Part shown: positions 40,671 through 50,619 of the stretch, piece by piece
Layout: the number at the start of each line of letters is the position of its first letter
Position numbering within the stretch: the stretch's first letter is position 1
DNA from: Dehalococcoidia bacterium
GTDB lineage: Bacteria > Chloroflexota > Dehalococcoidia > Bin125
DNA: 64,000 bases
Reading direction: 5' to 3'
Assembly: GCA_963663895.2 (NCBI GenBank)
Contig: CAXXRD010000002.1
Coordinates: 608,001-672,000 of the forward strand
Program-made: the position numbers and the translations under genes
Notes under the pieces: generated by a model
The model's input: only the letters and a program-made list of their open reading frames with translations
The model's database searches: none
Told to the model about the DNA's origin: nothing

Positions 40671-41644
40671 TACGCCGTGACCTCCGTGTAGACATCTTCC
40701 AGCAAGGCGCTGACTTCCGGTTCGGGGCTCTCCTCCGCGAACTTGATGGCGGCTTCGACCTCATCGCGAACGGACTGCGTGATCGCGTCCGCGGAGGCGT
40801 CGCTGAGGACGCCGCGCTCGATGAGGATTGCGCGGAAGATGTCGATGGGGTCGCGCGACTTCCAATAGTTGACCTCTTCTTCCGGCCGGGGCACGACGCC
40901 GTAGTCGCGGCCCACGTGGTCGTAGTAGCGGTAGGTTTTCGTCTCGATAAAGCTGGGGCCATCGCCACGGCGCGCGCGGTCGACGGCCTCGGAGGCGGCC
41001 TCGAAGACGGCGAGGACGTCCTGGCCGTCCACGGCGACGCCGGGCATGCCGTAGCCTTGGGCGATGTCGGAGACGTCGTCGATAGCGTGCTGCGAGCCAT
41101 AGGCCATGAACTCGCCGTAGAGGTTGTTCTCGCAGACGAAGATGACCGGCAGCTTCCAAGTGGCCGCGAGGTTCATCGCCTCGTGGACGGCGCCTTCGGA
41201 GGCAGCGCCGTCGCCGAAGAAGCAGACGGTGACTTGCCCGCGGGCGCGATGCTTGCAGGCGAAGCCCGCGCCGGCGGCGATGGGAGCCCCGGCCCCAAGA
41301 ATGCCGTTGGCGCCCAAGATGCCCAGGTCCAGGTCGGACATGTGCATCGAGCCACCCTTGCCGTGGCAGTAGCCCGTCGATTTCGCATAGAGCTCGGCGA
41401 ACATCTTCCGCATGTCGCCGCCCTTGGCGAGCAAGTGGCCATGGCCGCGGTGGGTGGAGGTGATGTAGTCGTCATCGTTCAGGGTGGCGCAGACGCCGAC
41501 GCCGGACGCCTCCTCGCCCACGTACAGATGGACGCTGCCGACCACTTTGGCCTCTTCGGTCAGGTGACCCGCGCGCTCATCGAATTCACGGATCCGCGTC
41601 ATTCGCGTGAACATCTCGATCAGCTTGTCGTTCGAAAGATCCAT
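40670..41644 (-). CDS. acoA: TPP-dependent dehydrogenase E1 alpha subunit (AcoA-like)
   Basis: HLYVGEEA, STHRGHGH, GKGGSMH, FGDGA..ENN TPP motif. Confidence 0.9.
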   Translation of the reverse strand: MDLSNDKLIEMFTRMTRIREFDERAGHLTEEAKVVGSVHLYVGEEASGVGVCATLNDDDYITSTHRGHGHLLAKGGDMRKMFAELYAKSTGYCHGKGGSMHMSDLDLGILGANGILGAGAPIAAGAGFACKHRARGQVTVCFFGDGAASEGAVHEAMNLAATWKLPVIFVCENNLYGEFMAYGSQHAIDDVSDIAQGYGMPGVAVDGQDVLAVFEAASEAVDRARRGDGPSFIETKTYRYYDHVGRDYGVVPRPEEEVNYWKSRDPIDIFRAILIERGVLSDASADAITQSVRDEVEAAIKFAEESPEPEVSALLEDVYTEVTA

Positions 41645-41721
41645 CCGCCGCCTCTCTCACGTACTTGAGCGCGTTCTTATGGGGAGGCGCCGTCCCCCGG
41701 CGCCCATTTCGCTGCGTCAGG

Positions 41722-42261
41722 CTACGAGCGCCCTTCTGAGGGTGTCAATTGAGGATCGATTCCGCGACGGCGGCGGGAGCGCCAGACGGCGAGAATCTCG
41801 GCGTCGGAGGGGAAAGCGGGCGGCGGCAGGGCGTCCGGCGCGAAGAACTGGACCGCGTGGGCCTCCGGCCCCGGCCGGGGTTGGCCGCGCACCACACGGG
41901 CACGGTACGCGATCAACACCGCGGGCTCGCCGGCGCGAGAAAAGACGCCGAGGAGATCGCGCAACTCGATCTCGAGGCCGGTCTCCTCACGCACCTCGCG
42001 GACGGCGGCGGCTTCGACGACCTCCCCCCGGTCGACCCAGCCGCCCGGCCAAGCCCAGGCGCCCAGCATGGGGTCGTGATTGCGCTTGGTGTAGAGCAGG
42101 CTCCCGTCGCCGCTCTCGACCAACACGACGACGGCGAGCTTGGGGTCCGCGAAGTGGACGAAGTCGCAGCGGTCGCACGCCGGCCGCGGCACCCCCGCAA
42201 CCTCGCGCCGTCCGATCGGGACGCCGCAGCGCGGGCAGTAGCGCGGGTCCACGGGGTCCAC
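41722..42261 (-). CDS. NUDIX hydrolase with N-terminal zinc ribbon
   Basis: YCPRCG..CDRC, GGWVDRGE..AAVREVREETG Nudix box. Confidence 0.9.
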   Translation of the reverse strand: MDPVDPRYCPRCGVPIGRREVAGVPRPACDRCDFVHFADPKLAVVVLVESGDGSLLYTKRNHDPMLGAWAWPGGWVDRGEVVEAAAVREVREETGLEIELRDLLGVFSRAGEPAVLIAYRARVVRGQPRPGPEAHAVQFFAPDALPPPAFPSDAEILAVWRSRRRRGIDPQLTPSEGRS

Positions 42262-42271
42262 GGCCTGCGGC

Positions 42272-43021
42272 CTAGAAGGGGAGTACGACGTGCTGGAAGC
42301 GCTCGTAGTAGCGGCCGTCCTCATCCCGCCAACGGTTGCGCACCCAGTCGAAGAACTCTGCGTCGCGGTCGGCGAACTGGGAAGTATGGCATCGGAGCGC
42401 ATCGATCTTGAGCGGCAGGACCTCGGTGATATCGATAGCCAGGTTGGGCGCGTTCGAGCCGAAGAGGTAGAGCTCGGCGACGTTGTGGGTCTCGAGGCCT
42501 TCCTGCAGATGCTCGGGGAAGTTGAGGTGGTCGCGGGCGGTGGGATAGACGGCGTCGATGGCCATGGTGCCAGCATTGCGGTGATCGCGGTGATTGATGA
42601 ACCCGAGGTGCTCGGGCATCGCCGGGTCCGGCGTGCCGCCGGTCGGAAAGAGAACGATCTCCGGCGTGTTGGCGAAAACGGCGCGCGGACGGATGCGCCG
42701 GACTTCGCGCACCACCTTTCCCAGCATTTCGCGCGTGTAGTCGAGCTCGCCGTCCTCAGCGCCCAAGAACGTGCAACTCTTCACCCCCAGCATCTCGGCG
42801 GCGGCGCGCTGCTCGGGCTCGCGCAGCGCGATCAGCTCCGCTTGCGTCAGGCCGCGGTCGGCGGTGCCCTTGGAGCCGTTCGTCAGCAAGAGGTAATGAA
42901 ACTCCCAGCCCTGCCGCGACCAGAGCGCGGCGGTCCCGCCCGCGCCGAACTCGGGATCGTCGGGATGGGCGGCGATGACCAGCGCGACTTTGGGAGCGGA
43001 TTCATCCAGCGGCTGCAACAT
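42272..43021 (-). CDS. PIG-L family deacetylase
   Basis: AHPDDPE, HRDH, HTSQ. Confidence 0.9.
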   Translation of the reverse strand: MLQPLDESAPKVALVIAAHPDDPEFGAGGTAALWSRQGWEFHYLLLTNGSKGTADRGLTQAELIALREPEQRAAAEMLGVKSCTFLGAEDGELDYTREMLGKVVREVRRIRPRAVFANTPEIVLFPTGGTPDPAMPEHLGFINHRDHRNAGTMAIDAVYPTARDHLNFPEHLQEGLETHNVAELYLFGSNAPNLAIDITEVLPLKIDALRCHTSQFADRDAEFFDWVRNRWRDEDGRYYERFQHVVLPF

Positions 43022-43147
43022 ACGTCGTCCTCGCGAAGCTTGCGGCGGCGGTCACGCGATCCGGCGCGGGCGGTCACAACCCAGGCGGAGTCATCTTACG
43101 GAGCCATCACTCTCGAGGCAGCCGTTGTGTCGCCTGGGGGCGGAGGT

Positions 43148-43177
43148 TTGACATAGCCAAAAATACGGTGTTACCGT
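43148..43177 (+). promoter_or_regulatory. Sigma70-type promoter of lexA (TTGACA ... TGtTACCGT)
   Basis: Perfect -35 at 43148-43153; extended -10 TACCGT at 43172-43177. Confidence 0.65.
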
Positions 43178-43180
43178 TTC

Positions 43181-43194
43181 AGAACACACGTTCC
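43181..43194. promoter_or_regulatory. SOS (LexA) box AGAAC-ACAC-GTTCC
   Basis: GAAC-N4-GTTC (Firmicutes/Actinobacteria/Chloroflexi type) just downstream of the predicted lexA -10. Confidence 0.85.
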
Positions 43195-43262
43195 ACGCCT
43201 CCACCTGTGGATGACGTGGAAATCGTGGACCGGTCCTACACGAGTGAGGATGGCGGGCGCCA

Positions 43263-43904
43263 GTGAAGAAGATCCGCTCCGAAAAGCAACAGCGCATCCT
43301 GGATTTCATTCGCACCTTCCTAGAGGAGCACGACTACCCGCCGAGCATTCGCGACATCCAGTCCGGATGCGAGATCTCGTCGACCTCCGTGGTCGACTAC
43401 AATCTCAAAGCTCTGGAAGCGCGAGGCTTGATCCGGCGCGACCGCGAGGTGTCGCGGGCGATCCAACTCGTCGGAACAGGAGGGCGCGGCGGCGGCGCCG
43501 TGGAGGTGCCGGTGGTGGGCACGATCGCCGCCGGCGAGCCGCTGGCGCTGCCCAGCCAGGAGGGGATCGACCCCCGACAGGTCGACGAGACCGTGAGCGT
43601 GACCCAGGAGATGATCCGCGGCCGCGATCAGGTGTTCGCGCTGCGGGTGCGCGGCACCTCCATGATCGATGCGCTGATCAACGACGGCGACATCGTGCTG
43701 ATGGAGCCGACGGACAGCGTCGACGACGGCGAGATGGCGGCCGTCTACCTGGGCAGCAGCAACGAGACGACGTTCAAACGAGTCTATCGCGAGGGCAAGC
43801 GCGTGCGGCTGCAGCCCGAGAACGCGACGATGCAGCCGTTCCACGTCGACGCGGACGACCTCTCGGTCCAGGGCCGGTTCGTGGGAGTCGTGCGCGCGCT
43901 CTAG
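43263..43904 (+). CDS. lexA: SOS repressor LexA
   Basis: YPPSIRDI HTH, IAAGEP cleavage site, GTSM Ser, TFKR Lys. Confidence 0.96.
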   Translation: MKKIRSEKQQRILDFIRTFLEEHDYPPSIRDIQSGCEISSTSVVDYNLKALEARGLIRRDREVSRAIQLVGTGGRGGGAVEVPVVGTIAAGEPLALPSQEGIDPRQVDETVSVTQEMIRGRDQVFALRVRGTSMIDALINDGDIVLMEPTDSVDDGEMAAVYLGSSNETTFKRVYREGKRVRLQPENATMQPFHVDADDLSVQGRFVGVVRAL

Positions 43905-44908
43905 CGCCGCGCCGCCGCCGCGCCGCACAGATCGGCGACCAGTAGATCCACCGCCAGGTCTTGCTGCATCCCGCCGGGGCGGCCTTGCCAGTAGTCCTGG
44001 ATCGCCACCTCGCATTGCAGGAGGCGCTGCATCGCGGCCGCGGCCGTGGCTTGGGAGAAGCGGCGGGCCTGTTCGCTGGCGCGGCGGGCGACGAACTCCT
44101 GGACGTTGAGCGCCTCGCGCACCTGCGCCGCCGATCCGCCGCCGTCCAAGACCTCCCGTGCGATCACGATCATGCGGAACTGCCGGGCGATCATGCCGAT
44201 CAGCCGCTGCGGCGTCTCCCCGTCGCTGCGAAGAGTCTCCAACGCCTGCAGGGCAGCGGCCAGACGCCCTTCCGCGACCGCGTCCACCAGCCGGAAGATG
44301 TTGGCCTCCCGCGCGGGCGCGACGAGCGCGCGCACGTCCTCGGCGCCGACGGCGTCATCGCCGGCGTAGGTCTTGAGCTTCTCCACCTCGGAAGCGAGGG
44401 CGCCGGTGTTGCGGCCGATCAGCTCCACGAGCAGCCGCGCGGCCGCGGGCTCCAGCTTGAGGCCGGCGGCCTGCGCGCGCCGCTGCAGCCAGGGACCGAG
44501 CTCGCGCTCGCGCGGGAGCGGAAACTCCCGGACCTCGCCCGCCGCCGCGATCATCTGCCGCAGAGGGTTCGCGGGCGGCAAGGCGTCGTCGATGAAGACC
44601 AGCAGCGTACTCTCGGGCAGGGTTGCCAGCACGTCGCCGAGCAGCTCCCACTCGCCCAGGCCGCGCGTGCGCCGCCTCCCCGGACCACCGCCCAAGCGGC
44701 CGCCCAATCCCTGGACGACGACGAGCCGGTGACTGGCGAGGAAGGGCACGGTGGAGGCGGCGGCGCGCAGCTCCTCAAGACCGAGCGCCCCCGCTTCGAG
44801 CGTGGTGGTGTTGGCGGCGAGGGCGCCGTCATCGTCGTATTGCGCCTTGAGGGCCTGCAGGGCCTCGTGGCGAGAGAAGGCATCGGCGCCGTGGAGGAGG
44901 AGGATCAC
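43901..44908 (-). CDS. holA: DNA polymerase III delta subunit
   Basis: LLHG.D.F, PFLASHRLVVV, EVEKL..Y, IF.LVDA, IARQFR. Confidence 0.88.
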   Translation of the reverse strand: MILLLHGADAFSRHEALQALKAQYDDDGALAANTTTLEAGALGLEELRAAASTVPFLASHRLVVVQGLGGRLGGGPGRRRTRGLGEWELLGDVLATLPESTLLVFIDDALPPANPLRQMIAAAGEVREFPLPRERELGPWLQRRAQAAGLKLEPAAARLLVELIGRNTGALASEVEKLKTYAGDDAVGAEDVRALVAPAREANIFRLVDAVAEGRLAAALQALETLRSDGETPQRLIGMIARQFRMIVIAREVLDGGGSAAQVREALNVQEFVARRASEQARRFSQATAAAAMQRLLQCEVAIQDYWQGRPGGMQQDLAVDLLVADLCGAAAARR

Positions 44909-44924
44909 GGCCGGGCGCGCGGCG

Positions 44925-45782
44925 CTACGGCCAGCCGGCGCCGGGGACGCCGACCGGGACCTGGCGAAGCCGGCCGCCGTTGCTCGGCCCCTCGATCTTG
45001 GAGGGGTCGCCCGTGATCGCCTCGGCCAGAATGAGGGTGCGGCGATCGGGGCCGCCCAGGGCGCAGGCGAAGATGGGCCGGTCCTGATCGACCTCGATCG
45101 TCTCCTGGATGACGCCCCCCTCCGCGATGCGGACCGCGGCGGCCGTGCGGAAGGGCACGGCCACCCACACGCAACCCTCGGCGTCGAGGGCGATGCCGTC
45201 CGGGATGCCGGGCACCGCGGCCCAGAGGCGGCGGTTGCCGAGCGAGCCGTCGTCGGCGATGTCGAAAGCGCTGAGCCGCTTACCGTACGACTCGGCGATG
45301 ATCAAGGTGCCGCCGTCGGGCGTGACCGCGGTGCCGTTGGGAAAGCGCAGATCGTCCGCGACGACGCGGGCCTCGCCCTCCGGGGTGACGAGGATCAGCT
45401 CCGTGCCGCGGGGCTCGTCGCCGCCGAAGGGGTCGAAGCCGAAGTTGCCGACGTAGGCGCGCCCCTGGCCGTCCACGACCATGTCGTTGAGGTTGTGCGA
45501 GGCCAGGCCGCTGAGGTCCGCGTGCTCCCTGAGGCCGTCCGGATCGAGGCGCAGGAGCTTGCGGTCCAGCATCGACACGATCAGCAGGCGGCCGTCCGGG
45601 AGCCAGCCGAGCCCCGACGGCTGCTGCGGCACCCGCACGATCGTCTCCCGCTTGCCGTCCATGCCGACGGCGACGACCTCCTTGGCGTGCATGTCCGAGA
45701 ACCAGAGACGCCCTTCGTGCCAGCGCGGCCCCTCGGGAAAGACGAGGCCATCGAGCAACAGGGCCGGGGTGGGAGCGGGCAT
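44925..45782 (-). CDS. SMP-30/gluconolactonase/LRE family protein
   Basis: FPEGPRWH, NDMVVD, FPNG, PDGIALD. Confidence 0.9.
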   Translation of the reverse strand: MPAPTPALLLDGLVFPEGPRWHEGRLWFSDMHAKEVVAVGMDGKRETIVRVPQQPSGLGWLPDGRLLIVSMLDRKLLRLDPDGLREHADLSGLASHNLNDMVVDGQGRAYVGNFGFDPFGGDEPRGTELILVTPEGEARVVADDLRFPNGTAVTPDGGTLIIAESYGKRLSAFDIADDGSLGNRRLWAAVPGIPDGIALDAEGCVWVAVPFRTAAAVRIAEGGVIQETIEVDQDRPIFACALGGPDRRTLILAEAITGDPSKIEGPSNGGRLRQVPVGVPGAGWP

Positions 45783-46018
45783 GGGAGCCGCCTCTCTAGG
45801 CGAGCCGGGCTCGCCGGTGCGCGGCTCGTGGTCACGCCGCTGTCCGACAGGGTAGCGGCAGCGCGCGCCCCAAGAAGGAGAGGAAGTCGCCGTGCCCGCC
45901 CGCGGCTTCCAGGGGCGGCGCACGGAGTCTCCCTCCCCACACCCATGCGGACGCCGCGCCCCGCTTCTAGAATCGCGCCGCGGCCGGGCACCGGCACGGC
46001 GGCCGAAGGGAGGCGACG

Positions 46019-46435
46019 ATGGCGCTGACGGCGGAGGACAAGCTGGAGATCATGGAGCTCGTGGCGCGCTACAACCACGCGCAGGACCAGGACGACTACG
46101 ACGGCTGGGTGGACACCTTCACGGAGGACGGCGTCTTCGAGTCGCCCCAGATCCGGCACCAGGGGCGGGAGGAGCTGCGGCAGCTCTCCCTCGACACCGC
46201 CGCCGGCATCCCCCACGTCCGCCATCTGACGCAGAACTTCATCATTGAGGGCGAGGGCGACGCGGCGACGATGCAATCCACGATCGAGGTGCGGTCGATC
46301 GCCGAGGACCGCCAGAGCTGGCGGGTGGTGGGCATCGGCAACTACGAGGACGCCCTGCGCCGGGTGGACGGCCGCTGGAAGTTCCAGCGGCGCTTCGTGC
46401 GGATGCTCTACTGGAAGAACGACGCCTGGCCCTAG
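46019..46435 (+). CDS. SnoaL-like (NTF2) protein
   Basis: EDKLEI.EL.ARY, FTEDG, YED.LRRVDGRWKF. Confidence 0.88.
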   Translation: MALTAEDKLEIMELVARYNHAQDQDDYDGWVDTFTEDGVFESPQIRHQGREELRQLSLDTAAGIPHVRHLTQNFIIEGEGDAATMQSTIEVRSIAEDRQSWRVVGIGNYEDALRRVDGRWKFQRRFVRMLYWKNDAWP

Positions 46436-46454
46436 ACCGGGCCCGCCCGCGCGA

Positions 46455-47423
46455 TCAGTCGAAGGCGGCGGCGACCCGCATGATCGCCTTGGCCTGGTCC
46501 CGGCTGTGGAACATGGTCGAGAGGCAGAGCTGATTCATGCCCGCCTCCTGGAAGGCGGCCACCCGCTTGCGCACGTCCGCCGGCGTGCCGTAGATGCCGA
46601 TGTCGTCGGCCATGCGCTCGGAGACGGCGGCGGCCACGGCGGCGTGGTCGTCGCGGGCGATGGCGGCGCGGGCCTGCTCCACCTCGTCCCCGTAGCCGCA
46701 CTCGATGAAGTAGTTCTGGTAGTTCGTGAGGGTCATGTAGTTGGTGAGGGCCAGGCGCACGGCGGCCAGCGCCTCGCCGCGGTCCTCGGAGACGTAGGCC
46801 GGGGCCACGTCGCCCACGATGAAGCGCTCGCGCTTGGCGGCGGGCACGACGCTCAGCGAGCGGCCCAGCTGGGAGCGGCAGCAGTTGGCCCAGATCACGC
46901 CGTCGGCCAGCTCGCCGGCGAGCGCCACCATCTTCTGACGCAGGGCGGCGAAGACCAGGGGCGGCATGGGACCGTTCCCCACGCTGGCGCGCATCGCCTC
47001 CACGTAGCGGCGCATGTGGGCCAGCGGCTTCTCCATCGTCACCTGGAAGGGGCTGAGGATCTCGCTGTGGCCGGGGCCGATGCCGAGGATGAAGCGGCCG
47101 TCGCAGACCTCGTTGATGTAGTTGGCGATGGCGGCCATCTCGTGCGGCATGCGGTGGTAGGTGACCTCGATCGCCGTGACGAGCGTGATCCGCTCCGTGG
47201 CCATGCCCAGCGCCAGGGCGTGGGTGAGCGCGTCCTGCCAGACGGCCGTCCCCTCGTAGGGGCGCACGACGCCCTCGGAGGACGCCTCCGGCTCGATCGC
47301 GGGCGCGGAGCCGTGGCTGGCGTAGAGGAAGGGGAAGCCGCGCCGGTCCAGCTCGCGCGCGGCCTCGATCAGGGCCTTGCGCTGCCCCGGCACCGCGTAG
47401 ACGAAGATTCCCGGCTTCTCCAT
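46455..47423 (-). CDS. LLM class (luciferase-like, probably F420-dependent) oxidoreductase
   Basis: ATERITL, GRFILGIG, AGELADG, GTPADV. Confidence 0.85.
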   Translation of the reverse strand: MEKPGIFVYAVPGQRKALIEAARELDRRGFPFLYASHGSAPAIEPEASSEGVVRPYEGTAVWQDALTHALALGMATERITLVTAIEVTYHRMPHEMAAIANYINEVCDGRFILGIGPGHSEILSPFQVTMEKPLAHMRRYVEAMRASVGNGPMPPLVFAALRQKMVALAGELADGVIWANCCRSQLGRSLSVVPAAKRERFIVGDVAPAYVSEDRGEALAAVRLALTNYMTLTNYQNYFIECGYGDEVEQARAAIARDDHAAVAAAVSERMADDIGIYGTPADVRKRVAAFQEAGMNQLCLSTMFHSRDQAKAIMRVAAAFD

Positions 47424-47618
47424 GGGTGGCCCTCCTCCGCTCATAGGAGCGGACACAAGCTAGCATGGCGCTCTACCGGAATCCCGAGGGGCGCGACGGC
47501 GGGGGCGTCTAGGCCTTGAACTCTCTCAAGACGGCTGTGTCCGCCATTGACCGCGGCGCCGGCTACCCGGTGACGCCGGCCAGCTTGATCGAAAACGCCG
47601 ACGGTTAGGTCACAGACG

Positions 47619-50564
47619 ATGACTCTCGTCCAAGAGAGCGATGCCGCGAAGGTACTGCAAGAATTCGGCGGCGACCCGCAGAGTGCGGAAAGCCTAGCGG
47701 CGTTCTTGGGATTTGATCCGATCTCGAGCCCGCAGGATCTGCTGGCCGGGCAGCTCACCGGAGACCTAAAGCACTTCTTCGCACGTCAGGACGACAGGTT
47801 CGGCGTCCACCAGTTGTACAAAGTGGGAGCGTGCGCCGCAGCCCCCGCAACGGTCGGCTTCTACATCGCGGTTCTCGCTGATTGGGGGCACCGCTCTTCG
47901 GATCGGGACCGCCCGCGCCGTCGCATCGCGCGTGCCCTCGTCGAGTACACGCCGGACCGCCGATCGCTGGCCTTGCTCGTGCCGCCAGCTGCGGACGGCC
48001 GTCGCGAGGCGGAACTCGTGTTTCCGCGAACTCAGGCGGACGCCTCCAGCGGGGCCGTAACCAGCATCCGCGCTCATCTGGATCTCGACGCCCCCACGCG
48101 CTTCCACCGGGACCTGTTGCGCGGTCTGCGCATTCCCGCCGAAGCGATCCTTCTTGAGGTATCCCGGCGCTGGCAGTCGCAGTTCAGCATTGAGCGCGTC
48201 ACCACCAAGTTCTACCAGGAGTACGCCGCCGTCCGAGACCGCATGGCCTCGGCCTTCCTCTCACGCAACCAAGAACACCCCGTAGTCAAAGAGTTCGACC
48301 AAGACGACGCGCGCGCTTGGGCGACCCGGCAGATGGGGCGAGTGCTGTTTCTCTGGTTCCTGCAAGCCAAGCGCTGGCTCGGGAAGCCCGGCGGACAGGG
48401 CTCGGCAACCTACCTGCTGGATCTATGGGGCCAGCGCGCTAGCACGGCGGCGGATGAATACTACCGCGACATCCTCGTCCCGTTGTTCTTCGACGCCATG
48501 GCCACCGGTAGCAGCAGCCGCGGCGAGGATCCGATCCTGGGCTTTGTTCCCTACCTCAACGGCGGCCTGTTCCGGCGAAACGCGCTGGAGGACCGCGTGG
48601 ACGACGCCGGCCCGATCTCGCTGCCGGACGAGGTGTTCGACCCGGCAACCGACGACTCACTGCTCGGCCTGCTCTCTCGCTACCGCTTCACCACGCGCGA
48701 ATCCACGCCGGACGACCAGTCCGTGGACCCGGACCCGGAGCTGCTGGGTCGCGTCTTCGAGAATCTCTATCAGGGCGACGAGCGTCACAACACCGGCACC
48801 TACTACACCCCGCGAGAGATCGTCCACTTCATGTGCCGCGAGGCTTTGGACGGCTACCTGCGCGACAGCACCGGCGTGGACCAGGGAACGCTCGATTCCC
48901 TGCGCGGGGAAGCCTTCGGATCCAGGGACGAAAGTTCAGCCGTCAGCCAGCATCCGGTGGATGATCTCATCGACGCCCTCGAAACCGTCCGCATTTGCGA
49001 CCCCGCCGTCGGCTCCGGCGCCTTCCTCTTGGGGAGTATCCAAGAGATGGTCGCGCTGCGGCGGGGCATCCTCTTTTCTCAAAGCGGCTACGTCGAGCCT
49101 GCAGAGCTCTACCGGATCGTGAGCGAATGGAAGCGGCGCATCATCAAGAACAGCCTGTACGGGGTGGACATCAATCCCGAGGCCGTCGAGATCTGCCACC
49201 TGCGGCTCTGGCTCTCCATGGTGCTGGACATGGACGAGCCTCCCGATGCTCCGTCGGACTGGGCGCTCCCCAACCTGGACTTTCAGATCGTTGCGGGCGA
49301 CTCGTTGGTGGACCGGGTCGCCGGCATCACCTTCAAGGAGTCTTGGCCGCCGCCGACAGATCTGCAGTTGGAGATGGGATTGCAGATAAAGCTTCGGCGG
49401 CTGGAAACGAACATCGCCCGGCGGAAGCAGGAGTTCGGGAGCACGCACCGCAATCCCAAACGTCTCCGGGATCTGCGTGACCTGATCGCAAGGGACCAAC
49501 GCGAGATCATCCGCTTGCACCTAGAGGAGGCTCAGGCCAAGGCAGAGCGTGAAGCTCTGACCAAGGCCGTCCGGCCTGGCAAAGCCGCGCTGCGGAAGGC
49601 CGATAGCTTCATTGACCGCATCCGCTCCTTGTTGGAGGAGATGGACGCGCAGGACTTCGCCCTGGTTCAGAAACCCTTCCTCTGGCCGATCGCCTTTCCT
49701 GATGTCCTGCGGGCAGGCGACCCCAATGCCGGGTTCGATATCGTCCTAGCTAACCCGCCGTATGTGCGGATGGAGAAGATTGATAACGAAGATGAACTGG
49801 CCTACGGCGAAGCCTTCCCGCAGGTCAGTGCTTCAAGGGCGGACCTTCTCGTCTATTTCTACGCCCGCGCCCTGCAGATACTCCGGCCCGGCGGCTGGCT
49901 GGCGTTCATCACCAGCAATAAGTTCATGCGGGCCGGTTACGGCGCCGGAATCCGTGAGCATCTGCCCGCTGCGCTTCGCATCCGGCACGTGATCGATTTC
50001 GGCGACCTGCCGCTCTTCGAGGCGAACGGCAAACCGGTGGCCGCCTATCCCAGCGTGGTGGTCGGAAGCCGCTCGAACACGACGCAAGACCATGCTCTCA
50101 GCGTCGCGGACCTGACGCATCCCATCCGCTCGAACCTCTCCAAGGATGGCCGGAAAGTGAATCCGGAGAACGTCCGCAGCGTCCTGGAAGACCTGAATGG
50201 CTTGCTCTCGCGGGCGGCTACGCCAGATTTCCCCCAAGTGATGCTGAAGAACGAGGGCTGGATCTTGGAAGATCCCGCCCTGATCCGTCTCTTCAACCGG
50301 CTGATGAATCAAGGCACGCCACTGGGTGAGTTCGTGAAAGGACGTATTTACTACGGAGTCAAGACTGGCCTGAACGCTGCCTTCGTCATCGATCAAGCCA
50401 AACGCGACGAACTTGTCTCCGAGGACCCGCACAGCGCGGAGATCATCAAGCCGTGGCTGCGGGGCAAGGACATCAAGCGCTGGAGGGCAGAATCTCCAGG
50501 GTTATACGTGATATTCACAAATCGCGGAGTGGAGATCGACCGTTATCCAGCAATCCAAGGGTAG
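47619..50564 (+). pseudogene. Eco57I/type IIG-like N6-adenine DNA methyltransferase, N-terminal part, interrupted by IS1595
   Basis: PYLNGGLF, DPELLGRVFE, GTYYTPRE, DPAVGSGAF (motif I), ANPPY (motif IV); the ORF stop lies inside the IS left TIR. Confidence 0.92.
50552..50559. repeat. Target-site duplication AATCCAAG (left copy)
   Basis: Identical 8-mer at 53132-53139. Confidence 0.95.
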
Positions 50565-50567
50565 TTA

Positions 50568-50597
50568 TAGACAATAGTAGCACTCCTATGGTACTAT
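50568..50597 (+). promoter_or_regulatory. Putative transposase promoter (TAGACA in TIR ... TGgTACTAT)
   Basis: -35-like 50568-50573, extended -10 50592-50597, AAGGGGG RBS before ATG 50620. Confidence 0.5.
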
Positions 50598-50619
50598 AAG
50601 TACGTAAAGGGGGTGCGTA

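Noticed and set aside
45770-45790. GGGAGCGGGCATGGGAGCCG resembles the selC 3' end (GGGAGCGCATGGGAGTCG), a possible att site
   Set aside because: Gapped, short match that coincides with the start codon of the SMP-30 gene. It would put ordinary metabolic genes inside the island, so it is probably chance.
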